64,000 bases of DNA. Origin: a bacterium (GTDB taxonomy: Bacteria > UBA8248 > JACPRG01 > G963555815). This document shows positions 40,594-50,831 of this stretch, one piece after another. The number at the start of each line of letters is the position of its first letter. The first letter of the stretch is position 1. The position numbers and the translations under genes were made by a program. Under the pieces are notes generated by a model. The model was given only the letters and a program-made list of their open reading frames with translations, made no database searches and was not told the origin of the DNA. The DNA is taken from the NCBI GenBank assembly GCA_965218795.1, contig OZ244653.1, positions 1,504,001-1,568,000 of the forward strand, written 5' to 3'.

Positions 40594-41660
40594 GCCTCCT
40601 GGACGGCACGAAAGCACTCATCCGGGGACAGCACGGGCACGGATTCTTCTCCCGATTCAGGGATTTCCTGATGGGTCTCGCCGCCCTGCTGGGCGCGTTT
40701 ATCGTCTGCGGGATCCTGCTCGCCTATTTCGGCGTCAATCCGCTGAAGGCCTACGGGCTGCTGTTCGCGGGCGCGTTCGGAACGGTGAACAATCTGGCTG
40801 AAACCCTGATCCAGGCCTCCCCGTTACTCCTGACCGGGTTGGGGGTCGCCATCTGCTTTCAGTGCGGGGTCTGGAACGTCGGCGCGGAGGGACAACTGTA
40901 TATCGGAGCCATCGCGACGGTCGGCCTCGGCGTCAATTTTCTGGGTCTTCCCACCTACCTGCTGCTCCCGGTCTGTATCGTCGGGGCGTTCATCGCGGGC
41001 GGTCTGTGGGGATTGCTCCCGGGATGGCTGAAGGTCCGGTTCGGGGCGAACGAGGTCATCGTGACCATCATGATGAACTACATCGCCATCATCTTCTCGA
41101 CGTACCTGATCAGCGGCCCCTGGGCCTCCGGGTTCACGCCCGTCACCAAATCCATCGATGACGCCGCGCGGCTGCCGATGCTCATTCAGGGAACCCGGCT
41201 GCACAGCGGGTTTATCCTCGGCTTGATCATGTCGGGGCTGTTGGCGTTTCTCATGTATCGGACCGTCTTCGGGTACCAGATCCGGGCGATCGGCAACAAC
41301 CCCAACGCGGCCCGGTACGCGGGCATCTCGGTCGGCAATCGGATGATGCTGACCCTGGCCATCGGCGGGGGCCTGGCCGGTCTCGCGGGACTGGGCGAGG
41401 TGGCCGGCATCCACGGGAACATGCCCGATCAGATCTCCCCGGGGTACGGTTTCATCGGCATCGTCGTCGCGCTCCTGGGCGGACTGCACCCAGTGTGGAT
41501 TATCTTCTCCTCCCTGTTTTTTTCCGCGCTTCTCGTGGGCGCCGAATCCATGCAGCGGGTGGTGGGGATACCAGTGGCGCTGGTTTGGGTGCTCCAGGGA
41601 TCGATCGTGATTTTCATCTTGGCCAGCCGTCTGTTGACCCAGTACACCTCCTCGTCATGA
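40590..41660 (+). CDS. Nucleoside-type ABC permease
   Basis: NVGAEGQ, NEVIVTIMMNY, GYGFIGIVVALLG. Confidence 0.9.
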   Translation: MSLLDGTKALIRGQHGHGFFSRFRDFLMGLAALLGAFIVCGILLAYFGVNPLKAYGLLFAGAFGTVNNLAETLIQASPLLLTGLGVAICFQCGVWNVGAEGQLYIGAIATVGLGVNFLGLPTYLLLPVCIVGAFIAGGLWGLLPGWLKVRFGANEVIVTIMMNYIAIIFSTYLISGPWASGFTPVTKSIDDAARLPMLIQGTRLHSGFILGLIMSGLLAFLMYRTVFGYQIRAIGNNPNAARYAGISVGNRMMLTLAIGGGLAGLAGLGEVAGIHGNMPDQISPGYGFIGIVVALLGGLHPVWIIFSSLFFSALLVGAESMQRVVGIPVALVWVLQGSIVIFILASRLLTQYTSSS

Positions 41661-41684
41661 CGGGGAACTGAGGGAGCCGGGGTT

Positions 41685-42665
41685 TTGGACGTTCTTCTGG
41701 ATCATTTCTTCTGGATCTCCATCGGCGCGGCGATGATCCGAATCGCCACACCCATTCTGTACGCCGCGCTGGGCGAAATCGTCGCGGAGGACTCGGGCCT
41801 GCTGAACATCGGCATCGAGGGAATGATGACGATGGGAGCCTGGGGGGGATTCATGGGGGCCTATTTCTTCGGCGGAATTTGGGTCGGCGTCCTCACCGGG
41901 GCCCTCATGGGCTTTCTGATGGGGATCCTGACCGGGTGGCTCTGCATCGGCCGGGGGGCGGATCAGATCATCACGGGAATCATCATCAATATTTTCTGTT
42001 TGGGGATTACGAGTCTGACATACAAGAAAACCTTTGAAAAAATGACCGACCTGCCGGAGGTCGAATCGTTCCAGCCGTTCACCGTTCCCTTTCTGAGCGA
42101 CATTCCCTACCTCGGACGGATCCTCTTCGGCCATATTCCTCTCGTGTATTTCGCCTTCTTGCTGGTGCCGATCTTCTGGGTCCTGATCTACAAGTTGTCC
42201 TGGGGCTTGAAGGTCCGCGCGGTGGGCGAGCATCCCGAAGCCGCCGACACCGCGGGCGTCAACGTCTGGCGCGTGCGGTACATGGCCATCGGAATCGCCG
42301 GGGCGATGGCCGCCCTGGGCGGCGCGACCCTGTCCATCGGCCAGTTGAACATCTTCATGGACAACATGACGGCGGGCCGGGGGTTCATCGCCCTGGCGGT
42401 TGTCGTCTTCGGAGGCTGGAACCCCTGGAAGGTGATGGGGGCCTGCCTGCTTTTCGGGTTCGCTGAAGCGCTTCAGCTCCGCCTGCAGGCGCTGAACGTT
42501 CCGGTCCCGCACGAATTCCTGCTCATGATTCCCTACGTGCTGACCGTCGTCGTGTTGGTCGGAGGCGCGGGCAAGGCCGAGTACCCCGCCGCGATCAACA
42601 TCCCCTACCTGAAGAAGCGCGCCACTGGGAAGGCGCATGCGCAGAAGGCTTCGACGGAAGCCTGA
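41685..42665 (+). CDS. Nucleoside-type ABC permease
   Basis: SGLLNIGIEG, AVGEHPEAADTAG, GRGFIALA. Confidence 0.9.
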   Translation: MDVLLDHFFWISIGAAMIRIATPILYAALGEIVAEDSGLLNIGIEGMMTMGAWGGFMGAYFFGGIWVGVLTGALMGFLMGILTGWLCIGRGADQIITGIIINIFCLGITSLTYKKTFEKMTDLPEVESFQPFTVPFLSDIPYLGRILFGHIPLVYFAFLLVPIFWVLIYKLSWGLKVRAVGEHPEAADTAGVNVWRVRYMAIGIAGAMAALGGATLSIGQLNIFMDNMTAGRGFIALAVVVFGGWNPWKVMGACLLFGFAEALQLRLQALNVPVPHEFLLMIPYVLTVVVLVGGAGKAEYPAAINIPYLKKRATGKAHAQKASTEA

Positions 42666-42714
42666 ATCGACGGAAGATGGACATGGAGATCCCCGGCAAC
42701 CGGAGGCGCGCCGC

Positions 42715-45069
42715 GTGAGGCCCCGTAAGAACAATTGGTTTGGGTCGCGAATGAGACGGAAAGAGGACCAACGCCTGTTGACCGGCCGGGGACGGTACCT
42801 GGACGATCTCTCCTGCCCGGCGGCGCTTCATGCCGCGTTCCTGCGCTCGCCTTACGCCCACGCGCGAATCATCGATCTCGATCTAAGCGGCTGTCGGGGG
42901 GCCGGCGCCGCCGCCGCGCACAAGGCCGAAGACCTCGGCGATCTCTGGCAGCCGTTTCCCACGCCCGTTCCGCATCCGGATTTGCGGGGGCGCAACTGGC
43001 CCCCCCTCGCCAGGGACAAGGTCAATTTCGTCGGGGAGCCGGTTGCGGTGGCCGTTGCGGAAAGCCGCGCCGCCGCCGAAGACGCGATCGAGGCGATCCG
43101 GGCCGAATATGAAATCCTGCCCGTGGCCCATCATCCGGTCCAGGCCCTGGAGCCGGGAGCGCCGCTTGTCCATGACGAGCTCGACGACAACCTGGCCATC
43201 CGGTTGGAGGCCAACATCGGCGACGCGGACAAGGCCCTGGCCGAAGCGCCCCGCGTGGAATCCCTGCGGTTGAAAATCCAGCGGGGAGGCGGCGGCTCGA
43301 TGGAGTGCCGGGGGGTCCTCGCCCAGTACGATCCGCTCTACGACAAGCTGGTCGTTCACTCCTCGACGCAGATTCCGCATTTCGTCCGGCAGAAGCTGGC
43401 CTTCCTCCTCCGGCGGACCCCGGAATCGATTGACGTGATTGCGACGGACGTGGGGGGCGGTTTCGGGCCGAAGGCGACGGTCTACCCCGAGGAGTTCATG
43501 ATTCCGTGGCTGGCCATGAAGCTGGAGCAGCCGGTGAAGTGGACCGAAGACCGGATGGAATATATCCAGACCGGCGTTCAGGAGCGGGAACAGATCCATC
43601 AGGTGACCGTGGGGTTCGACGATGAGGGGCGGATCCTCGCGCTCAAGGACGAGGCCGTCGCAGACTTGGGCGCGTATCCCGCCTGGGGGATCGTTACGCC
43701 GATCCTCACCCTGATGGCCATTCCAGGCCCGTACAAGATCAAGCATTTCTCCGGCGAAATGAACGTGGCCTACACCCACCGCGTCGCCGTAGCGCCAGTG
43801 CGCGGCGCGGGACGCCCTCAGGCGACGTTCGTCATCGAGCGGACCGTGGATCACATCGCCCGGACGCTGGGTCTCGACCGGGCGGAGGTCCGGCTTCGGA
43901 ATTTCGTCCAGCCGGACGAATTTCCCTACGAGGTAGGGCTCCCGACGCGCGAAGGCGTGATGACCTATGACAGCGGCAGTTACCCGGAGCTTTTCCGCAA
44001 GGTTCTGGAGAAGGCCGGCTACGAATCGCTGGCAAAGAAAAACCCGCGGGACGCGGGCGCTTCATCAAAGACCCTCACCGGTATCGGGCTTTCCTTCCAT
44101 GTTGAAGAGACCGGCGCTGGGCCGTTCGAGGGGGCCCGGATCCGGGTGGAAGCCGACGGCCGGGCGATTGTCTCGACCGGGGCCTGTTCCCAGGGCCAGG
44201 GCCACGAGACGATATTCTCCCAGGTCGCGGCGGACGCGCTCGGGATTTCCCCCGAGGATGTCACCGTGATCGCGGGGGACACCCGACAGATCACGTACGG
44301 CATCGGAACCTTGGCCAGCCGGAGTTCGGTCACCGCCTGCTCCGCCATCGTGCAGGCGGCCGACACCCTGCAAGAGAAGGCGCTGGCCCTCGGGGCCGAG
44401 TACTTCGAGGCCGGGCGGGAAGACCTGGAGATCGGGGAGGGCCGCGTGTTCGTCAAGGGGTCGCCGGACCGATCCGTCGGACTGGGCGAATTGGCGAGCT
44501 TTTCTTTGGGCGCGTCTCCCGGGATCATCCTGCCGCCCGGAATGAAGCCGGGCCTGGAGGCCGAGGAATATTTCGCGCCCGAGAAAGCCGCTTACTCGGC
44601 CGGGGCCCACGTCGCCGTGGTCGAGGTCGACCCGGAGACGGGTTTCGTCAGGGTTCTCCGGTATGTCGCGGGACACGACTGCGGTAAGGTCATCAATCCC
44701 CTGCTGATCGACGGCCAGATCCGCGGAGGGGTGGTCCACGGAATCGGAGACTCCTTCATCGAGGAAGTGGCCTTCGATGAAAACGGCCAGCCGCTGGCCT
44801 CCAGCTTTCTGGATTACCTCCTCCCGTTGGCAACCGACGCTCCGGAAGTGGAAACCGTCCATATGGAAACGCCTTGCCCGCATAACCTCGTCGGCGTCAA
44901 GGGAGCCGGAGAGAGCGGGACGATTGCGGCGTTGGCGGCCGTCATCTCGGCGATCGAAGACGCCCTTCAGCCCCTGGGCATTCAAATTCGCGAATCGCCG
45001 GTGCCCCCGGCACGGCTGCACGCCCTGGTCCGGGACGCGGCGGACCGCTCATCCGCTTCATCCGATTGA
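42715..45069 (+). CDS. Xanthine oxidase-family Mo subunit (CoxL form II-like)
   Basis: RKEDQRLLTGRG, DVGGGFGPK, PVRGAGRP, QGQGHET, GVKGAGE. Confidence 0.9.
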   Translation: MRPRKNNWFGSRMRRKEDQRLLTGRGRYLDDLSCPAALHAAFLRSPYAHARIIDLDLSGCRGAGAAAAHKAEDLGDLWQPFPTPVPHPDLRGRNWPPLARDKVNFVGEPVAVAVAESRAAAEDAIEAIRAEYEILPVAHHPVQALEPGAPLVHDELDDNLAIRLEANIGDADKALAEAPRVESLRLKIQRGGGGSMECRGVLAQYDPLYDKLVVHSSTQIPHFVRQKLAFLLRRTPESIDVIATDVGGGFGPKATVYPEEFMIPWLAMKLEQPVKWTEDRMEYIQTGVQEREQIHQVTVGFDDEGRILALKDEAVADLGAYPAWGIVTPILTLMAIPGPYKIKHFSGEMNVAYTHRVAVAPVRGAGRPQATFVIERTVDHIARTLGLDRAEVRLRNFVQPDEFPYEVGLPTREGVMTYDSGSYPELFRKVLEKAGYESLAKKNPRDAGASSKTLTGIGLSFHVEETGAGPFEGARIRVEADGRAIVSTGACSQGQGHETIFSQVAADALGISPEDVTVIAGDTRQITYGIGTLASRSSVTACSAIVQAADTLQEKALALGAEYFEAGREDLEIGEGRVFVKGSPDRSVGLGELASFSLGASPGIILPPGMKPGLEAEEYFAPEKAAYSAGAHVAVVEVDPETGFVRVLRYVAGHDCGKVINPLLIDGQIRGGVVHGIGDSFIEEVAFDENGQPLASSFLDYLLPLATDAPEVETVHMETPCPHNLVGVKGAGESGTIAALAAVISAIEDALQPLGIQIRESPVPPARLHALVRDAADRSSASSD

Positions 45070-45162
45070 GCCGAAGCGGCCCGGATCTCCAGGGACCCGG
45101 AAGACAACACGAGGAAATTACACAAATGAAGGATCGGGACCGCACGCCCACGGGGGGGTGCC

Positions 45163-47433
45163 ATGTCTGAAACCGTCTATGTGGGGAAGGCCCTTCCGCG
45201 GTCGGATGCCCCGTTGAAGGTCACCGGCCGTGCCAAGTACGGATCCGACCATTACAAGAACGATATGCTGGTCGGCCGCGTCGTGCGAAGCCCGTATCCC
45301 CACGCTCGGATCCTGAACCTCGACACTTCCGAAGCGGAGAAGTTGAGGGGGGTGAAGGCCCTCGTCACCGGGAAGGACCTCGTCCGTCCGGTGGGAATGT
45401 TCATTGAGGATGAGCCTCTGCTTGCGGTCGATCGCGTTCGTTATCTCGGAGAGGGGGTCGCGGCCGTCGCCGCCACGTCCGCGGACGTCGCGGAGGACGC
45501 GCTTTCACTGATTCGTGTGGAGTACGAGGAGCTGCCCGCTGTTTTCGACACCGAAGCCGCCATGACCGAGGACGCGCCCCGCGTCCATGACGACCGGGGA
45601 AATGTGGCGGATGAGTTCCGCGTGACGTTCGGAGATGTGGAGAATGGCTTCCGGGAGGCCGACGTCATCGTGGAGAACCGGTACACGACCGGCCGGGTCG
45701 CTCACCTGGCCCTGGAGCCGCGGTCCACCCTGGCCACCTATGAGCCGGGGGGCAAGCTCACCGTCGAAAAGTCCTCCCAGTCGGTCTACAACGAGCGGGC
45801 CCTGCTCTCCCAGGCCCTGGGCATCCCGCAGAGTAAGATTCGCGTCATCAGCTCGTTCGTGGGAGGGGCCTTCGGGAGCAAGGAAGAGCCGATGGCCTTG
45901 GATGCGGGCGCGACGCTGCTTTCGATGAAGACGGGACAGCCCGTCAAGATCACACACTCACGGGAAGACGAGTTCCTCACTCGGTTACGGCACCCCTTCA
46001 TCATCGACGCGCGTCACGGAGCCAGAAAGGACGGCTCTCTCACCGCCGTTCACTACAGACTTCTGATCGACAACGGCGCGTACACCAGCCTGGGCACCGC
46101 CATCTCCCGTGCGGCCTCGACGCTCGGCGGATCGCTGTACCGGATCCCTCATTATCTGGCGGAGAGCTGCCTTGTCTACACCCATCATCCGCCCTGCGGC
46201 GCGATGCGCGGATTCGGGAACCCCCAGATCACCTTCGCGCAGGAACAGCAAATGGATCAGCTGGCCTCGGCTTTGGGTATGGACCCGGTGGAGTTCCGTC
46301 TGCGAAACGCCGTCGAGACCGGGGATGAAACCGCATCCGGCGCCGTGCTGAAGAGTTGCGGCCTGAAGGAGTGCATCCAGAAGGCGGCGGAACAATTCGG
46401 CTGGGCGGAGAAGCGGGGCCGTCCGAAGCCCCACCGGGGGATCGCCCTGGCCTGCGGGGTCCACTTCACGAGCAGCCGGGAGACCCCGTTGGATTGCTCT
46501 GCCGTGACGCTGAAGATGAACATGGACGGGAGTCTCATCCTGATCGCGGGGACCTCCGAGATGGGGACGGGTTCGGATACGCTGCTGGGACAGATCGCGG
46601 CGGAGATTCTAGGCATCCCCCCGGAGGAGATCGAAATCATCCGCGGTGACACGGAAACCACACCCTTTTGCCTCGGAATTTGGGGAAGCCGCGTCACGAC
46701 GATGGCCGGCAAGGCGACCCAGATGGCGGCGAATGAGGTGAAGGATAACCTGGCGAACGCCGTCGCGGAGAAACTGGAAGTGGACCCGGGCGACCTCGTT
46801 TTTCGGGACAAGCGGGTCTTTGTCCAGGGATCTCGGGAGCAGGGGATGGACATGGCCGACGCGGTCATGCTGGCCATCATGCGGCAGGACGGCCAGGAAG
46901 TCATCACCAAGGCGCAGTACGACGCTGTCTCGGAAGTCCTCGACGAGGAGACCGGCCGGGGGAACTACTCGCAGGCGTGGTCCTTCACCGCCAAGTTTGT
47001 GGAGGTGGAAGTCAACCCGGAGACCGGTGAGGTGAAGGTCGAGAACCTGATCTCCGCCGTCGACCTGGGCAGGGCGATCAACCCCAAAGGCGCAGAAGGG
47101 CAAATCGAAGGGAGCGCCCAGATGGGGCTCGGATTCGCCCTGTCCGAGGAGTGCGCCTGGGAGAAGGGTCTTCCGACGAACGCCACACTGGTCGATTACA
47201 AGATGCCAGCCTCTATCGACATGCCTCCCGTCCAGCCGATCCTGGTGGAGTCCGACGACCCGTACGGTCCCTTCGGCGCCAAGGGCCTGGGCGAGATGGC
47301 CCTCGTGGGGGTGGCCGCGGCGGTGGCGAACGCCGTCCATGAAGCCGCGGGCGTTCGAATCAAGGACGCACCAATCACATCCGAAAAGGTGTATCTCGGT
47401 CTGCAAAACCTGCCCACGGGTTCCGAGCGCTGA
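45163..47433 (+). CDS. Xanthine dehydrogenase-family Mo subunit, paralog of 10784-13084
   Basis: VGGAFGSK, AMRGFGNPQ, GQIEG, GAKGLGE. Confidence 0.9.
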   Translation: MSETVYVGKALPRSDAPLKVTGRAKYGSDHYKNDMLVGRVVRSPYPHARILNLDTSEAEKLRGVKALVTGKDLVRPVGMFIEDEPLLAVDRVRYLGEGVAAVAATSADVAEDALSLIRVEYEELPAVFDTEAAMTEDAPRVHDDRGNVADEFRVTFGDVENGFREADVIVENRYTTGRVAHLALEPRSTLATYEPGGKLTVEKSSQSVYNERALLSQALGIPQSKIRVISSFVGGAFGSKEEPMALDAGATLLSMKTGQPVKITHSREDEFLTRLRHPFIIDARHGARKDGSLTAVHYRLLIDNGAYTSLGTAISRAASTLGGSLYRIPHYLAESCLVYTHHPPCGAMRGFGNPQITFAQEQQMDQLASALGMDPVEFRLRNAVETGDETASGAVLKSCGLKECIQKAAEQFGWAEKRGRPKPHRGIALACGVHFTSSRETPLDCSAVTLKMNMDGSLILIAGTSEMGTGSDTLLGQIAAEILGIPPEEIEIIRGDTETTPFCLGIWGSRVTTMAGKATQMAANEVKDNLANAVAEKLEVDPGDLVFRDKRVFVQGSREQGMDMADAVMLAIMRQDGQEVITKAQYDAVSEVLDEETGRGNYSQAWSFTAKFVEVEVNPETGEVKVENLISAVDLGRAINPKGAEGQIEGSAQMGLGFALSEECAWEKGLPTNATLVDYKMPASIDMPPVQPILVESDDPYGPFGAKGLGEMALVGVAAAVANAVHEAAGVRIKDAPITSEKVYLGLQNLPTGSER

Positions 47434-47445
47434 CGATCCAGCCCC

Positions 47446-47841
47446 CTACTCTTCTCCGACCACGGCAATCGCCTGGATCTCGATCATCATGTCGGGGCGG
47501 GCAAAGCCGGAGACCGTGATCAGCGCGGCGGCCGGAAAATTGTCGGGAAAGTACTGACGGCGGATCTTCGGAACGATATCCGCACCATAACGCGTATCGA
47601 GCGTGAACACCGTCGTGGTGACGATATCCTGAAGCGTTCCCCCCGCGCGCTTCAAGGTCCGCTCGATTTCCCGCATTGATGCGTGGGCCTGCGCCTCGAA
47701 GTCTCCGGCCAGGGAATTGCCGTCCTCATCCTCGGCCATCCCGACGCCGGCCAGCCAAACGATCTTTCCGCCCGTGGTCACCACCGCGGGGGAAAATCCC
47801 CGTTTCTCTTCCCAGGTTCCCTTGTGGTATTCCCTTGGCAT
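47446..47841 (-). CDS. Single-domain Rid-family protein lacking the catalytic Arg
   Basis: FSPAV, DFEAQ, FPAAALITVSGFA, IEIQAIAV. Confidence 0.85.
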   Translation of the reverse strand: MPREYHKGTWEEKRGFSPAVVTTGGKIVWLAGVGMAEDEDGNSLAGDFEAQAHASMREIERTLKRAGGTLQDIVTTTVFTLDTRYGADIVPKIRRQYFPDNFPAAALITVSGFARPDMMIEIQAIAVVGEE

Positions 47842-47899
47842 CTCCGTCTCCTCTTCAAATCCTGTCCCCGAAGGCTTCCGTCGGGGGTACCCTTCCCAA

Positions 47900-48085
47900 A
47901 ACCTCGGTGTGAATGACACTTACACCTACATGCTCCTGACTTTCTGGGTCTACCTCCCGAGCGCCGCCATTAAGCAGACGTTCTCGGTCATCGTAGCCTG
48001 CGTGCACGGATGCATCGGCATCCATTTCCGGCTGCGGCTGAAACGCTCGTATTCGGCGGCCAGATCGCTCTTGTACGCCGGGGGT
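47900..48085 (+). pseudogene. Fragment resembling the membrane N-terminus of 2Fe-2S adenylate/guanylate cyclases
   Basis: VACVHGCIGIHFRLRLKRSY recalls the W.HGCIG.HFWLR motif; no start or cyclase domain. Confidence 0.45.
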
Positions 48086-48094
48086 CTGGAAGAT

Positions 48095-49050
48095 GTCTCT
48101 TGTCCGGCGTTCTTTTCTTCGGGCGCGTGGTCGGTCGCCACCCAGTTCACAACGCCGTCAGGAGGCCCCCGCACAGGGCGTCCGCGTCCTCGCGGCTTCG
48201 AAGGGGAGGATACACGGAAGCAAACGGACCCAGCCGGACCAAGTCGTGCCGGGCCAAGAACAGATGTTGGGGATTGACTTTCACGCCCACGGGTTGCCCC
48301 GCTGCCCTGGCGGAACGGAGGTGATCGATCCCTTCCTTTGTGCTGACCTGGCGGAAGTTCACGGGAACCCCCAGTTCTTTTGTCATGTTCAGGACCCGGA
48401 GGGTCGCGGCCGCCTCCGTCTTGTTGGGCCGGGCGTCGGCCTGGGCCTCGGGGTCTTTGCGCCCGCAGATCGCTCGTCGGGCTTGCGCGGCCAGCGCCGT
48501 GTCCATGGCGTAGACCATGATGGGAGTCCGGGTCTCGAAAGTGGCCTTCAGCGCTTCCCGGATTCGTCTTCGTCGGAAAAGATTGTTGGCGCATCGGCCA
48601 TGAGAAGCTCAACAGACACGGCGCCCTCCCGCTTCAGTTCGCCGATCGCCCCGGATCGCCCGGGCAGCGCGTTATGCCGGTGACCCCGAAGTCCACGTGC
48701 GATTGGCCCCGGCCCAAGTCTCGTATGCTCCGGACTGTCTGCGCGTCAATGCTCGCGGGCTCCGTGTTGGGCTGCGCGACGATAGCCGTCACCCCGCCCA
48801 CGGCGGCTTCGGCCGTTCCAGTCGAAAAATCTTATTTGTGTGTGAACCCGGGGTCGCGAAGATGAACGTGAGCGTCGACCACGCCGGGCAGAACGAGTTG
48901 ATCGAAGGCTTCGATCCGCTCACGGCCGTCCAAGGCGCCCGGTTTCCCGATGGCCGAGATTCTTCCCTCTCGGATGCCGATGTCCCCCCGCCGGACTCCC
49001 TCGGGCGTGACGACAAGACCACCGGCGATGACCGTGTCATGCGCTGTCAT
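48095..49050 (-). pseudogene. Dihydroorotase/allantoinase-family amidohydrolase, multiply disrupted
   Basis: [47 protein letters not shown] spread across frames and stops. Confidence 0.85.
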
Positions 49051-49131
49051 TCGATGGAACCGTCCTCATTTCGGTCCGGATCCCGGACGCGAGGTCGTCG
49101 GCTGAGGTGTACAGAAGGCTTCGAGAATAGA

Positions 49132-49169
49132 GAGGGCCCTCACAGGCTGGCTCAACCGGTGAGGGCCCC
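49132..49169 (-). other. Stem-loop 3' of NMT1-like SBP gene
   Basis: GGGCCCTCAC...GTGAGGGCCC inverted repeat. Confidence 0.55.
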
Positions 49170-49203
49170 GTGGCGGTTCTTACGCCTTCTTCGCTCGATT
49201 CGA

Positions 49204-50190
49204 TTACCTGGGCAAGAAGGCGTTGGTGTAAACGTCTTCGGTTTTCACCCGGACCTTGAGCGGGGTGTACTTCGTGATGATGTCAACCGTTCGGTCCATC
49301 TTTTTCGGGTCCATGTACCCCAAGCCGTTTTCCAGGACCCCCTTGTCAATCATCAGCTCCCGGGTCCTGATGTACTGCTGGCGGACGAGCTCCTGGCTCA
49401 TGGTTGGGGCGTATTTGTAGAAAGACTTCAGGCACTTGTCCATGTAGACCAGGCAATGCCCCCAGGCCTCCACGTTGGCTTTCACAAATCGCCGGACCAA
49501 TCCGGGATTGCTTTGGATGATGTCGTCTTTCGTAATGACCCCGTTGGCATAGATGTCCACGCCCCAGTCGCTGTATAAGAAGAGCCTGCCTTCTTTGCCT
49601 TGCTCTTTCCCCTTTGCGATGATCGTGGGCGTTTCATCGTAATATATGGGAAGCACGTCGACCTTGTCCGAGAGCAGGCTGGGATTCATGGCGCCGTAGC
49701 CCATGGTGACCCAAGTGACGGAGTTGGGGTCCAGGCCGTTAGCGCGGGCAAAGGCCGGGAAGACCTTCTTGACGGAGTTAGCCTCGGGGGATCCGATCTT
49801 GATGCCCGCCAAATCCTTGGGCGTCTTGAACCCCTTTTCCTTGAAGAAGAAGATCCCCATGGGTGTCTTGGCATACTGCATGGCAACCTCTTTCACCTTG
49901 GCCCCCTGGGAGCGTGCGATGATGAGGGAGCCTACGTCGGCGAATCCAAAGGGGGCCACGTTCGACGCGACCCGCTTGATGGTATCGCCCGAACCGTGGC
50001 CGCGCTCCATCGTGACGTCTCGGCCTTCTTTTTTGAAGAAGCCGAGGTCTTTGGCGGCGAACATACCGACATGCTCGCCGTAGAACACCCAGTCAAGGAG
50101 CCAAAGAACCCGATCGGCGGCGTAGGCGCTTCCCACCGAGAGAGCCAGAAAACACAAAGTGGCCAAAAGGCAGGCTTTCAAGCGTTTCAT
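49204..50190 (-). CDS. NMT1/THI5-like ABC substrate-binding protein (no transporter partners adjacent)
   Basis: LLDW..GEH, GFFKKEG, GHGSGDT, PKDLAG, YTNAFLP. Confidence 0.85.
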   Translation of the reverse strand: MKRLKACLLATLCFLALSVGSAYAADRVLWLLDWVFYGEHVGMFAAKDLGFFKKEGRDVTMERGHGSGDTIKRVASNVAPFGFADVGSLIIARSQGAKVKEVAMQYAKTPMGIFFFKEKGFKTPKDLAGIKIGSPEANSVKKVFPAFARANGLDPNSVTWVTMGYGAMNPSLLSDKVDVLPIYYDETPTIIAKGKEQGKEGRLFLYSDWGVDIYANGVITKDDIIQSNPGLVRRFVKANVEAWGHCLVYMDKCLKSFYKYAPTMSQELVRQQYIRTRELMIDKGVLENGLGYMDPKKMDRTVDIITKYTPLKVRVKTEDVYTNAFLPR

Positions 50191-50831
50191 GTTCCCCTCC
50201 TTTATCCGATTTCCGAAAAGGCGCACATGTTGCCCCATACCCTTTTCTGATACAGGATTGACCGCTTATCCAAGAAGGCTCCTGCACGAGGCGCCTTCCA
50301 ATTTGTCGCATTGAATAGAAATTACCGGAGACGGATTTTTTCGTCAATTCAATTTAGTGTTGATTGAGGAGGGGAAGTTCTTGGTCCAGCTCGCCGGGGT
50401 CCTACGTTGTTGCCGGATGATGAGGGCTCCGGAGAAACCGGACCGCTGCACCGGAACCCGATAAGGATGTGCTTCAAGGCCAGAGGGCGTCCGTGGCGGG
50501 CCGCGGAGCGGGACACACCGGGAAAGTCGTCCCAAGAGCCCCCCTTGACGATGTATTTGGACTCATCCCATTCGGCCTAGGTGGAGATCCATTCGAACAC
50601 CATACCCGCCATATCCATGATCCCGTACGGGTTGGCTCTCGATGGCTACCCCCCCTGTAGGTGAACAAAAATAATTGCAAATGGCCTGAAAAATCCCCCC
50701 ACCTTATCACCGTATTCCACGGCTTTCCGGATTCTTCCCCCATCTTGGGTTTGCAGGTGAAACGTGCCAAAGTGGAGAATCTGGACATTTTTCACAGGAC
50801 CCTGTCACCAACAAATGGCGGAGGAGGATTC

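Noticed and set aside
42715-45069. True aerobic CO dehydrogenase
   Set aside because: Lacks the form I AYXCSFR motif, and no coxM/coxS present
50750-50770. Sigma54 promoter (TTGGCACG on minus strand)
   Set aside because: GG-to-GC spacing does not fit -24/-12
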